Part shown: positions 1 to 12,264 of the stretch, piece by piece
How the letters are laid out: every line of letters begins with the position of its first letter
Numbering within the stretch: the stretch's first letter is position 1
Assembly (NCBI GenBank): GCA_030390025.1
Contig: CM059432.1
Location: 43,340,001 to 43,404,000 of the forward strand
From: Squalus acanthias
Lineage: Eukaryota
DNA: 64,000 nucleotides
Direction: 5' to 3'
The notes under the pieces: model-generated
Seen by the model: the letters and a program-made list of their open reading frames with translations, nothing else
What the model was told of the DNA's origin: nothing
Databases searched by the model: none
Position numbers and translations under genes: made by a program

Positions 1-2325
1 CCTGATGGCCTACATCCTAGGGTCTTAAAAGAAGTGGCTGCAGAGATAGTAGATGCGTTGGTTGTAATCTACCAAAATTCCCTGGATTCTGGAGAGGTCC
101 CAGTGGATTGGAAAACCGCAAATGTAACGCCCCTATTCAAGAAAGGAGGGAAGCAAAAACCAGAAAACTATAGGCTAATTAGCCTACCATCTATTATTGG
201 GAAAATGCTGGAATCTATTATTAAGGAAGTAATAGCAGGACATTTAGAAAATTATAATACAATCAAGTCAACATGGTTTTATGAAAGGGAAATCGTGTTT
301 GACAAATTTACTAGAGTTCTTTGAGGATGTAACGAGTAGGGTGGATAAAGGGGAACCAGTAGATGTAGTGTATTTGAATTTCCAGAAGGCATTCGATAAG
401 GTGCCACATAAAAGGTTACTGCACAAGATAAGAGCTCACGGGGTTGGGGGTAATATATTAGCATGGATAGAGGATTGGCTAACTAACAGAAAACAAAGAA
501 TCGGGATAAATGGGTCATTTTCCGGTTGGCAAACTGTAACTAGTGGGGTGCCACAGGGATCAGTGCTGGGGCCTCAACTATTTACAATCTATATTAATGA
601 CTTGGATGAAGGGACCGTGTGTATTGTAGCCAAATTTGCTGATGAAACAAAGATAGGTGGGAAAGCAAGTTGTGAGGAGGACACAAAGGGCTGGATTTTG
701 TCTTGGGGTCGGGTTGGGGTCGTGTCATCCGCATTTCGTGTTTCCCCCCCGACTCCAGATTAATGTGGATGAATGATGCAATTTTCACTTAATTGGGCAA
801 TTGAGTTCCAGCATGTGGGAACCCATGAACTAATTAGTGGTTTCAGTCTGAAAGTCGCCTCTGATGATGTCATCATTGCTGCTGCCTGGTCTCAGAGACT
901 GACTGGATGTTGGTGAGAGAGGACCTGCCTGGCCTTTGCTGTGAGTGGGCCTGGATGCAAAATGGAGAGAGAGAGAGAGAGAAAGATTTTTTTCCATCCA
1001 AGTCCTCTCATAGCAAAGGCCATACAGTCTCTGAAGACATTCAATGCAGCAGCATCAGAGGCAACTTTCAGACCTAATACTACCTTCATCACATCTCCAT
1101 TGTAATAGTGGACCTGCAGCTGATAGTCAGCTATCCACTTGTGCTCCCGCCAGGTTTCACTGGAGTGTTTCACATCAGGCGTACTTCACGTCAGAAAAGG
1201 GTTAAACTAGCTAAAACGCTTCAAAATGGCATTACAGAGCCAATTTAGGGCTTGTTAAGGGCTTTAATGGCCTCTCCCGCCTCTTGGAGGCGGGACGGAG
1301 TCGGGAACGCCGCGACTGATTTTGTCAAAATTGCGTGGAGGCGGGATGGAGTCGGGATGGGGTCGGGATCCCCGACCCTGCAAATTTAACCCCCCACACG
1401 CCTCCAAACCCGACTCCATGGGTCATTCAAAATCCAGCCCAAAGAGTCTGCAAAGGGATATAGATAAGTTAAGTGAGTGGGCAAAAATTTGGCAGATGGA
1501 GTATAACGTGGGAAATTATGAGGTTATCCACTTTGGTAGGAAAAATAAAAAAGCAAATTATTATTTAAATGGAGAGAGACTACATAATGCTGCGGTACAG
1601 AGGGATCTGGGGGTCCTTGTACATGAAACACAAAAAGTTAGCATGCAGGTACAGCAAGTAATTAGGAAGGCAAATAGAATGTTGGCCTTTATTGCAAAGG
1701 GAATGGAGTATAAAAGCAGGGAAGTCCTGTTACAACTGTACAGGGTGCTGGTGAAACCACACCTGGAATACTGCATGCAATTTTGGTCTCCTTATTTAAG
1801 GAGGGATATACTTGCATTGGAGGCAGTTCAGAAAAGATTCACTAGGTTAATTCCTGAGATGAAGGGGTTGTCTTATGAAGAAAGGTTGAGCAGGTTGGGC
1901 CTATACTCATTGGAGTTTAGAAGAATGAGAGGTGATCGTATTGAAACATATAAGATTCTGAGGGGGCTTGACAGGGTAGATGCAGAGAGGATGTTTCCCC
2001 TCGTGGGGGAATCTAGAACTAGGGGGCACAGTTTCAGAATAAGGGGTCGCCCATTTAAAACGGAGATGAGGAGGAATTTCTTCTCTCAGAGGGTCGTGAA
2101 TCTTTGGAATTCTCTACCCCAGAGAGCTGTGGAGGCGGAGTCATTGAATATATTCAAGGTGGAGATAGACATATATTTGAGCTACAGGGGAGTCAAGGGT
2201 TATGGGGAGCGGGCGGGAAAGTGGCGTTGAGGCCAAGATCAGATCAGCCATGATCTTATTGAATGGCGCGGCAGGCTCGAGGGGCCGAATGGCCTACTCC
2301 TGCTCCTATTTCTTATGTTCTTATG
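1..2325 (+). mobile_element. CR1 LINE, 3' part of ORF2 (RT) and 3' tail, split by a MITE at 688-1440
   Basis: ORFs 34-324, 281-763 and 1322-2230 carry CR1 RT motifs (WKTANVTPLFKKG, KAFDKVPH, GVPQGSVLGP, KFADET, HLEYCMQFWSP). The element ends in TTCTTATGTTCTTATG. Frameshifted. Confidence 0.93.
688..1440. mobile_element. Non-autonomous Harbinger-type DNA transposon (MITE)
   Basis: Perfect 13-bp TIRs (GGGCTGGATTTTG / CAAAATCCAGCCC) and a 3-bp TSD AAA. Removing it restores the CR1 frame (EEDTK-SLQRDID). A partial second copy starts at 60324. Confidence 0.88.
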
Positions 2326-5170
2326 AGCTTATCGTGGATGATTGCATCGACATCATGGCCCTGACAGAAACTTGGTTGGGAGATGATGACATCTTACCCT
2401 TAAATGAAGCCTCCCCACCTGGCTATACTTTCCACCACTTGCCCTGCTCAGACTGCCGTGGTGGTGGTGTGGCTCTCATCACCAAATGATGCCTTCGTCT
2501 GTCCACCTACTCCTCCGATACTTTCTCCTCATTTGAGCATCTCACCTTATTCCAGCCCTCTCACCTCTCATTTAAAATTATTGTTCTCTACCGCCCACCC
2601 AAGTACCATAGAAATGTTATTACCGAGATATCATCGCTGCTTTCCTCCCTCATTCTCGGTGATTTCAACCTCCATCTCAATTCATCATGCTCTCTCTCCT
2701 CTGAGTTCACTAGCCTCCTATCCTCCCTTAATCTCTCCCTCCATGTAAACTCCCCAACCCATATTCACGGCCATCCCTTCGACCTTGCCATCCATCGTGG
2801 CCTTGCTACTCCCAGCGTGTCAATAGCAGACAAGGCCATCTCTGACCACTTCCTCGTATCGCTCGCCACCCACACACCCCTTCCGCCCATCGCACAATCC
2901 TACTTCCTTCTGTATCAGCCCCTGGAAAAAACTCTCTCCCAACTCTCGTACAACTGCACTTATGAAATCCCAACTGCCTTTGGCCCTCCATTCACCATGA
3001 CATTTCTGCAGCTACCGATCTGTCAACCACACCCTCACCACCACCTTTGATGCTCTAGTCCCTATTAAAATAATTACTCGCTCTCACCCTGGTCGTTCCC
3101 CCTGGTACGGCCCTCATCTTCACTCCCTTAAGTCCAAGGGATGCAGACTTGAATGGATATGGTGGACAACTGGTTTAGCCATTCACCGCCAGATCTAGCT
3201 GGACCACATAAAGCATTATCGGGTCCTGCTCTCGTCTGCCAAAATTGCTCACTGTTCCAGAATCATTCTGGAATGCAAAGATAAACCCCGGCTCCTATTC
3301 TCTACTGCTAACCGTCTTCTTAAACCCATCTCCCCTGTCTCCTCCACCCTCACCTCCGACAACAAGTGTGAGGAGCTCATGAACTTCTTTGTCTCTAAGA
3401 TTGAGACCATCCGTTCAGCTGCCTCTGCCACTTCCCTTCCTTCCCCTAGCCCACCGGGCCAAACTAACTCTAAGTTTCACCCCTGCCCTAGCCCTGAGCT
3501 CACATCTTTCTCCAGTTTCTCTCCGATCTCCACTCATGACCTCTCCATGCTCATCTTGTCCATGAGACCCACTTCCTGCTTCCTCGACCCTATTCCCACC
3601 AAACTGCTGACCACCCAACTTCCTTTTCTGGCTCCCATGTTAGCTGACACTGTTAACGGTTCTCTCTCCTCAGGTACTGTCCCCTCTCCCTCAAATCTGC
3701 CATCATCACCCCTCTCCTCAAAAAAAACCCTTGACCCCTCTGTCCTTGCAAACTACCACCCGATCTCCAACCTCCCTTTCTTCTCCAAAGTCATTGAACG
3801 TGTTGTCGCCTCCCAAATCCGTGCTCACCTTTCCCGCTAAGCCATGTTTGAATCCCTCCAATCAGGTTCCCGCCCTTGCCACAGTACCGAAACGGCTCTC
3901 ATCAAAGTCACAAATGTCATCCTTTGTGACCGTGACAAAGGTAAACTATCCCTCCTCATCCTTCTTGACCACTCCATCCTGCTCCAACACCTCTCCACCG
4001 TCGTCCAGCTGGGTGGGACAGCACTCGCCTGGTTCCATTCTTATCTATCTAATTGTAGCCAGAGAATCACCTGCAATGGCTTCTCTTCTCGCTCCCGCAT
4101 CGTTACCTCTGGTGTCCCCCAAGGATCTATCCTTGGCCCCCCTCCTATTTCTCATCTACACGCTGCCCCTTGGCGACATCATCCGAAAACACAGCATCAG
4201 TTTCCACATGTACGCTGATGACACCCAGCTCTACCTCATCACCACTTCTCTCGACCCCTCCACGGTCTCTAAATTGTCAGGCTGCTTGTCCGACATCCAG
4301 TTCTGGATGAGCAGAAACTTTCTCCAATTAAGTATTGGGAAGACCGAAGCCGTTGTTTTCGGTCCCTGCCACAAACTCCGTTTCCTAGCCACTGACTCCA
4401 TCCCTCCCCCTAACATCTGTCTGAGGCTGAACCACACTGTTTGCAACCTTGGTGTCATATTTGACCCTGAAATGAGCTTCTGACCACATATCCGCGGCAT
4501 AACTAAGACTGCCTATTTCCACCTCCATATCATCGCCCGTCTCCGCCCTTGCCTCAGCTCATCCGCTGCTGAAACCCTCATCCATGCCTTTGTTACCTCT
4601 AGACTTGACTATTCCAACGCACGCCTGGCCGGCCTCCCCACATTCTACACTATGTAAACTTGAGGTCATCCAAAACTCGGCTGCCCATGTCCTAACTCGC
4701 ACCAAGTCCCATTCACCCTCACCCCTGTGCTCGCTGACCTACATTGGCTCTCGGTTAAGCATCGCCTCTTTCAAAATTCTCATCCTTGTTTTCAAATCCC
4801 TCCAGGGCCTCACCCCTCCCTATCTCTGTAATCTCTTCCAGCCCCACAATCCCTCTGAGATATCTGCACTCCTCTAATTCTGCCCTCCTGAGCATCCCTG
4901 ATTATAATCGCTCAACCATTGGTGGCTGTGCCTTCTGTTGTCTAGGCCCTAAGCTCTGGAATTCCCTGCCTAAACATCTCCACCTCTCTATATCTTTCCT
5001 CCTTTAAGACGCCCCTTAAAACTCTTTGAACAAGCTTTTGGTCACCTGCCCTAATTTCTCTTTATGTGGCTCGGTGTCAAATTTTTTGTCTTATAATACT
5101 CCTGCGAAATGCCTTGGGACGTTTTACTATGTTAAAGGCGCTATATAAATACAAGTTGTTGTTGTTGTTG
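2326..5170 (+). mobile_element. L2 LINE, 5'-truncated, decayed ORF2 (APE + RT)
   Basis: Motifs DIMALTETWL, GGGVALI, SCFLDPIPT, HSTETALIKV, GVPQGSILGP, MYADDTQLY. The 3' tail is AAGGCGCTATATAAATACAAG(TTG)n. Confidence 0.92.
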
Positions 5171-5445
5171 TAGAAGGACAAGGGCAGTGGGTGCATGGGA
5201 ATGCCACCACCTCCAAGTTTCCCTCTATGTCACACACCATCCTGACTTGGACAAATATCTCTATTCTTTCATTGTTGATGGGCAAGATCCTGGAACTGCC
5301 TCTCAACAGTATTGTGGGAGCACCTTCACCACATGGACTGCATTGTTTCAATAAGAAGGTCCACCGTCACCTTCTCAGGGGAAACTAGGAATGAGGAATA
5401 AATTCTGGACTTGCCAGTAGTGCCCACATCCTGAGAATTAATAAA
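5171..5445 (+). mobile_element. 3' fragment of a CR1/Zenon-like LINE family
   Basis: Similar to the 3' end of the longer copy at 53567-54598. Confidence 0.7.
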
Positions 5446-5458
5446 TAAAAGACATTAA

Positions 5459-6014
5459 GGGGTAGAAATTGGACCTCGCCGTGCTCATTTTACAGCTGTA
5501 AAACATGTGCAACGAGGCTCAAATTCGTCCAGTGTCCTGGGAAATGCCTGAGAAATGTCCAACCCAAAATTGGATCAAGCTATTTTTCAGCCATCTGGGG
5601 TTGTAGTCTAAAATAGGCGTTATGTCCCTTAAACCTGTAAATGAGGGGCCTAATGCCTGTTTTAGATTCCCTCACAGAAGGTGGACAGCGATGAATAGAG
5701 CAGGAGTCGGACTTGTTCCACTCAGGATTCTTTAGCCTCTGTGGCCCAAGCTGCAGCAGCCACAAATGAAAGGTAAGTTTTTTAAAACAAAATGAAAACA
5801 GAAACCTTCCTGTGGAGTCAGGAAGAGCAGGAATTCTCCCCCGACTCCACATTTGCCCGTCCCAACCCTCCTCCCTTTGGGCAGATGCTTCGAGACAAAC
5901 GGCCTGACATGCGCACTGCTCAAATCCAGTAAAGGCATGACAGGCGCCATCAGCTCGTCGTAAAATGTTAATGAGGCCCGAGGCCCAATTCGGGCCCAGA
6001 TGGATTTTTACCCC
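5459..6014. mobile_element. Harbinger-type MITE
   Basis: Imperfect TIRs (GGGGTAGAAAT / ATTTTTACCCC) and TSD TAA on both sides. Confidence 0.75.
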
Positions 6015-7789
6015 TAAATCTTCAGGGAAAAAAACTCAGCATAATTTAGTTTATTTAAATGTTATTCAAAATAATGTAAAATCCATATTACTTAAGCGAT
6101 CTAAAGGCATATTAGTTAAAGTAATATTTTGGGAAATTTTGTTGGTTCGTCTTGTTTTGTCTATTTGCATTTTCCTGTGTTTCCTAGCAAAATTAAGCAT
6201 GCATTTTAAATTATTTGAAGTAATATGACGTGTTTAGTCATTTATTTGACTGTATAATTTCATAAATTTACTTTTGATTTTAATTATCTGTATTCAATTA
6301 TACGAGAGCCGTACGTTCATCAGGATCAAGGTTGTCCTTTCCTTGGTATTCACGTGATGTGGTGAGTGTGTTCTAATCCCTGCAACACATGGTAATTTTT
6401 TCATTCTCTCTGCTTCCACCTGTTCCATGGTCCAGTGGAGGACTGCAAATCCTATCAGGGGACTGCAGCATCGCCGAGCCTGTTTTTTGGCTCAAGTCCA
6501 TCACATGTGCAGTCAGGCTGTGAGTGTGGAGCCAGCTGCTTACAAACGATCGTGTTATCAGATGACGGATGGCTTCATATCAGGTGTTTAAACTGACGAG
6601 CCGACCCATCTGGTAAATGATTCTGGAAGTCTGGCCTGCTTGATGAATGGATAAAGTGACAATGCCAATCAGCACAACCCCTATAGTCTCCACTACGTGC
6701 TCTATACCTATAAACAAGTACATCTTCAGTATCCTTTTTATTAATCTTGCTGTCATATAACATAAACTATTTCAGAAGAATAACTTGATGTGACATATGA
6801 TACTGACAGAGATCAATTTAATAAGCTTAAAGTTCCACATATTCTAAATGTCTACCCACCAGCAGCAAGCACCAGGAGATAAAGTGATAAAGACAGTTAA
6901 AAAAGAGTCAGATGATTTATTTTTCCATAAAGAGATTGGCTTTTGCATAATAAAGTGAGTTAAATTCTCATCCAATATGTGTCCCTCTTAAAAGTTACTA
7001 TAGATGTATGTATAGAATTCTATTCTGCAGCTGATTGGAAGGGTGAGAAATTATCGGTTTCTGAAGATCAGATTATTAAGTGTAAAGATGAAGAAATCTA
7101 TATATTTTATGTCAATTTCACTGCATCCTTTACCTATTCTTAATTAGTTTCAAACCTAGAATGGTTACAGCCACTTCTATTAAGTGAAGATCTGCTTTTA
7201 AAGAACTTTACTTTCCAATCTATTGTCGACAGTAGAATTCAGCTGATGTGATTGAAATGTCTATTGTCAGCAGAGGAAAAGTAGACAAAGGCTTTTTATA
7301 TATAGTATTCTGAAAATAAAGAGAAAATTCAGTTCACTATAAAGCACATATTAAACATGCAGATCCCTATCCACAGTGGGCAACAGATTCATACAGTCTC
7401 TGTGGCATTTCCTTTCATTTGTTTGCATCAATTTTAACTGGGATGGCTGAGGGTGAATGGCACATTAATTCCCGCTGGCATCATGTGCCCATTCATCCCA
7501 CATAAACTAGCATTTTGATCGAAGTGTTAAAGTGCATTAGAAGTACTATTAAAATGGAATTTAATTTTTTATCCAGCAATACTCAAATCCACTTCATGTC
7601 ACCAAATAAAATGCATGTTTAACATTGTGCAGTGAGTTCCTATTTAGATTAGCACTGGTACCAGAACATAAAGCAATAATAACATTTTACCTAGTGTGTT
7701 TGATGAGTGAAATCAAATTAGTGAAAAAAAATCACGTCAATGTAGTTCATTAAGTTGAACAGTTAATATAATCAGATATCTATTTCTAA

Positions 7790-10510
7790 TAATAGGAACA
7801 GGAGTAGACCATTCAGCTCCTCAAACTTGTTCCGCCATTCAATTAGATCATGGTTGCTCTCTGCTCAACTCCATTTATCCTCCTTTTCTCCATATCCTTT
7901 GATACCCTTACCCAACAAATCGATCTCAGTCTTGAAAATTTCAATTGACCCAGCATCTGCAGCTTTTTGAGAGAGGATTCCAGAATTCCACTACTCTTTG
8001 TGTGAAAAAGTGTTTCTTTATTTCACTCCTAAATGGGCTTGTTCTAACTTTAAGATTATGCCGACTTGTTCTGGATTTCCACACCACAGGAAATAGTCTC
8101 TGGCCTAGAAATTCATTGGCGTCGTGCTCATTTCGCAGACATAAAATGGGCACCTAAGCGTCCAATATGGCAGGTGGTGCACCCATGCCGGTCTCGCATT
8201 GGATGTGCACCACCTGCCATATTGGATCAGGCACTTCCGTAGGTGTCCAGGGCACACACCAGAAGTATTCAAAACGGTGATTAAAATAATTAAATAAGGG
8301 CCCTATGCATGTTGTAGGACCCTTTTGTGAAATGTGGTTGCCTCAGCGCATGACTTACCATGTGATAAACTCATTCAGCAAATCGTGGCGCTAATAGGCA
8401 GCAAGGACCCTTCAACAGTGCTATTTAAAGGCCTCAGCCATTACATACAGGTTCGTTGCTATTTTATCCTTTTAGGCTGCTGGTTAACTTTTGGGCATTT
8501 TTTTAGTTTTATTTTATCACTTCTACAACTGATTTCTGACTTCTGAGAAGCGGTTTCTGCTGGTTTCTGCTGCACTGTTTTTGGCTGCTTTCAAAACAGT
8601 TTTGCTGCAATCATGGGTGGTCTAGTAGGGCTGCCTTTAGGGCTGGAGAATGAGGGGGAGCAGCCAAGAAGACAGGAGAGAGCAGGAGCAGCTGGAACAA
8701 GAGGGAGGAGGAGGAGAGCTCTGCGCAGGAGGCCACACCCACAGCAGGTCTTCAGGGAGCACTTCTTCTACCTGAACTTCACTGAGGAGCAATGTCTCAG
8801 GTGCCTTTGCTTCATAAAGGAGCTATCGCCAAATTATGTCACTTGCTGCAGCCACAACTCTGCTGAGTTCATTGAACTTCTTTCGGCATTGCAACAACAA
8901 CTTACATTTATATGAAGTGCCTTTAATGTAGTAAAATGTCCCAAGGCGCTTCACAGGAGCGTTATTAGACAAAATCTGACATTGAACCACATCAGGAGAT
9001 ATTAAGACAGGTTACCAAAAGCTTGGTCTAGGAGGTATGTTTTAAGGAGCGACTTAAAGGAGGAGAGAGAGCTAGAGATTCAGAAGGTTTTAGGAGGGAA
9101 TTCGAGAGCTTAGAGCCTACACATCTGAAGACACGGCCACCAATGGAGGGGGCGAAGAAAATCAGGGATGGACAATAGGCCAGAATTGGAGGAATGCAGA
9201 GATCTCGGCGGGATGTAGGGCTGGTGGAGGTTACAGTGATAGGGAGGGGTGAGGCCATGGAGGGATTTGAACACAAGGATGAGAATTTTAAATTTGAGAT
9301 GTTGCTGGACCGGGAGCCAATGTAGCTCAGCGAGCACGAGCATAAGGTGTGAACGAGACTTGGTGTGAGTTAGGATACGGGCTGCAGAGTTTTGGATGAG
9401 CTCAAGGTTACGGAGGGTGGAAGATGGGAGGCCGGCCAGAAGACCATTGGAATAGTCAAGCCTGGAGGTAACATAAGCATGGATGAGGGTGTCAGTAGCG
9501 GATGGATTGAGGCAGGGACGGAGGGGGCCATGTCATTAAAGCTAAGCTCCTGGCATTGACCTCCTCAATGATTTCTTCCCACTGGCGGTGGAGATGTTTT
9601 CTGGAGGGCTCTCTGCCTTCTGGGGCGAACAGGATTTTCCTCCTCCTGTCCATTGCCTGGACCAGGGCCTCCAATGCAGCATCGGAGAACTGGGTTCCCT
9701 GTCTGGACATCTTCTAGCCATTTTTCAAGTTTCCTTGTTGTCTGTAGCCAGAGTGCATCTCCCCTTTAAGAGATGTGGCTGCCTTTAAGTGGTGTCAGTG
9801 AAGCCAGGTTTCTGCGTTCCCCCAGGCATGCAGTTAATGAATAGTGTGGGTGGTACTGGATGCACGCCTGAATCATTTTAATGAGGTCCAAGCACCAATT
9901 TCCCTAAACCTCTCCGCCTCTCTACCTCTTTCCTCCTTTAAGACGCTCCTTAAAACCTTCCTCTTTGACCAAGCATTTGCTCACCTGCCCTAATTTATCC
10001 TTATGTGGATCAGTGTCAAATTTTTTGTCTTAAAATACTCCTGTGCAGCGCCTTGGGACGTTTTACTACGTTAAAGGCGCTATATAAATACAAGTTGTTG
10101 TTGTTGTAGTAGTCTCTGGGATCATGTGAACAGGTTCTTTCAGCGCGCACCATCCCCTGTGTGCTCATTTTCAGGCGCAATCAAATTTCACAGCCTCTTT
10201 ATCTACCCTATGAAATCCTTCTATTAATTTAAAGACCTTGATTAGATCACCCCTTGACCTTCTAAACATAGAGGGAATCAAGGGATATGGGGATCGGGCG
10301 AGAAAGTGGAGTTGAGTTCGAAGATCAGCCATGATCTTATTGAATGGCGGAGCAGGCTTCAGGGGCTGTATGGCCTATTCCTGCTCCTATTTCTTATGTT
10401 CTTAAACAAAGTTTATGCAGCCTGTCCTAATAATTTAGCCCTTTAAGCCCTTGTATCATTCTGGTGAATCAGCGCTAGGCCCCCTCCAAGGTCAATATAT
10501 CCTTCCTGCT
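7790..10510 (-). mobile_element. CR1 3' fragment interrupted by nested insertions
   Basis: Minus-strand peptide SRTSRHNLKVRTSPFRSEIKKHFFTQRVVEFWN at 7941-8100. It resumes at 10196. A second, plus-strand CR1 tail is inserted at ~10270-10402. Confidence 0.75.
8102..10195. mobile_element. Decayed Harbinger derivative with transposase and Myb remnants and nested L2 pieces
   Basis: TIR-like ends (GGCCTAGAAATT / AATTTCACAGCC) and TSD TCT. The + ORF 8613-8915 resembles the N-terminus of the transposase at 35287-36447. The - ORF 9492-9710 is Myb/SANT-like (FSDAALEALV...WEEI). L2 3' fragments lie at ~8892-9525 (-) and ~9898-10110 (+). Confidence 0.75.
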
Positions 10511-10962
10511 GGTTTACAGATCTAACATAACAAATTAGGCGTTGACCAAATTGTGCCAACTTGTACTTTATCCATCACTAGTTGTAAGAATTTACAGTAA
10601 ATAAACCTGTCTCACACCGTCACAGTTGACCATACGTTAATATCATTATGGTGTTGGAGATCTGTATTATCAGTTTTAGAGCCTCAACATCCATCCTCCT
10701 CTAGCAAATTAAAAGTGCTTTAAAAAACAGATCCTGCTATCTTATAGAAAGGGAATGTTGGCAAAACTTGTAACTCGTTGGGACAGTACCATAACTTTGG
10801 TGAAAATAACGACTGATAATAAACCAATTTTAAAATTGTTTGTGAATTTATACAATTTAGATGTGGGTTAACAGTATCAGGGAATGAATTTTTTTCCCTG
10901 AGCAGTAGAGATGAGAATTGATATTTTCTTGAGATTCTATTTTGGTTTTATGAGGCCTGAAA

Positions 10963-10998
<36 letters not shown>

Positions 10999-11000
<2 letters not shown>

Positions 11001-11213
11001 ACGTAATAAAGACTCACTACGCACTTGAACATAAAGCAAGGCTTTAATCAACTTGTAACAAAACATGGAGGTCTAGTTAGCAGTCACTAGCTTCCTGTTT
11101 CCAGATTGTCTCTGCCCAAGGTGGGCCCATGCCTGAGTATTTATACTCCCTGGACGGCGCCCCAGCTGGCCGCCCAGTAGCACTTCCTGAGTTGTTACTT
11201 GCGATTTATGACA
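10999..11213 (-). repeat. 3' LTR of Gypsy element
   Basis: Direct repeat of 15289-15503, preceded by a PPT on the minus strand. Confidence 0.95.
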
Positions 11214-11259
11214 TTCTTCCTCCCTAAAAGGTTTGGAAGTCCAGTCTTCCTTTAACGGA

Positions 11260-12264
11260 CTAGGCGGACCAGAAATAGCCGTAGACGTTTAGCTCTCTGC
11301 TTGTGACTGGAAGGCACGTCTCCCCGGACCGTGTCCTGGTCCCTGGGTCGCTTGGCCCGTACCGGTAAGTCAGTAGAGTCCGCGTCATCTTGATCATCCT
11401 GTGGAGGACTGGGAATATTATGACTCCGGGTGCGGGTCCCCACAGGTGCTGAGCTGGCCTCATCCCAGGTCGTGGCTGGAGATTGTCCGGCGTCCTGGTT
11501 TCGGGTGGCCATCCTACGGGGAGCGTCCAGCTCCCTGAGTTGATCCGGTAGCGTTGCCGGCAGATCCCCCGATGTCCCAGGCGGGGCGTCATTTTCATAG
11601 GGGTGCGGAGTGTTGATATCATTGTCGGGGATCCTTCATCATTCGGGCCCGTGTGACCGGTTGGGCAGGGAGCCAGATCTCGGAGCGAGACGGTGGTCTC
11701 CCGGCCATCAGGGTACCGTACGTGCGCATACGTGGGGTTTACCTCCGTTAACTCCACCTCGTCAACGAGAGGGTCGTTTTTGGCAGACCGGACGAACCTC
11801 CGGAGTAGCACCGGGCCTGGAGCCACCAACCATGACGGTAGAGACGTCCCATGTGTAGAGTGACGCCGGAATTTGAAGAATCGCTCATGAGGCGTGACAT
11901 TAGTAGATGTGGAGAGAAGAGACCTGATAGAGTGTAACGCGTCGGGGAGCACCGTTTCCCACTGCTGGTCCGGCAGGTTGCGTAACCTTAGTGCCAGACA
12001 GACAGCGTTCCAGATGATGGCATTGTATCGTTCAACCTGTCCGTTACCGATTGGGTGATATGGTGTCGTCCTACTTGAGGCGATTCCCCGTTGGGAGAGA
12101 TAACTTTTAAGTTCACTCGACATAAAGGAGGGACCCCGATCAGTGTGGATAAAATTGGCCGTCCCGCAAAGGGAAAAGACCTGATCGAGGCATTTAATTA
12201 CCGTAGAGGTAAGCATATTAGGGCAGGGGAAGGCGAAGGGAAAGCGTGAATACTCGTCCACCAT
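11260..12264 (-). pseudogene. Gypsy integrase core and C-terminus, frameshifted from the upstream ORF
   Basis: Motifs VDEYSRF, HTDRGPSF, NGQVERYN. The frame break at ~12265 falls inside the integrase core, so it is probably a small deletion. Confidence 0.85.

Noticed and set aside
6300..6720. Possible host exon (GTGAGT donor-like sites)
   Set aside because: No recognisable protein and no convincing acceptor/donor pair.
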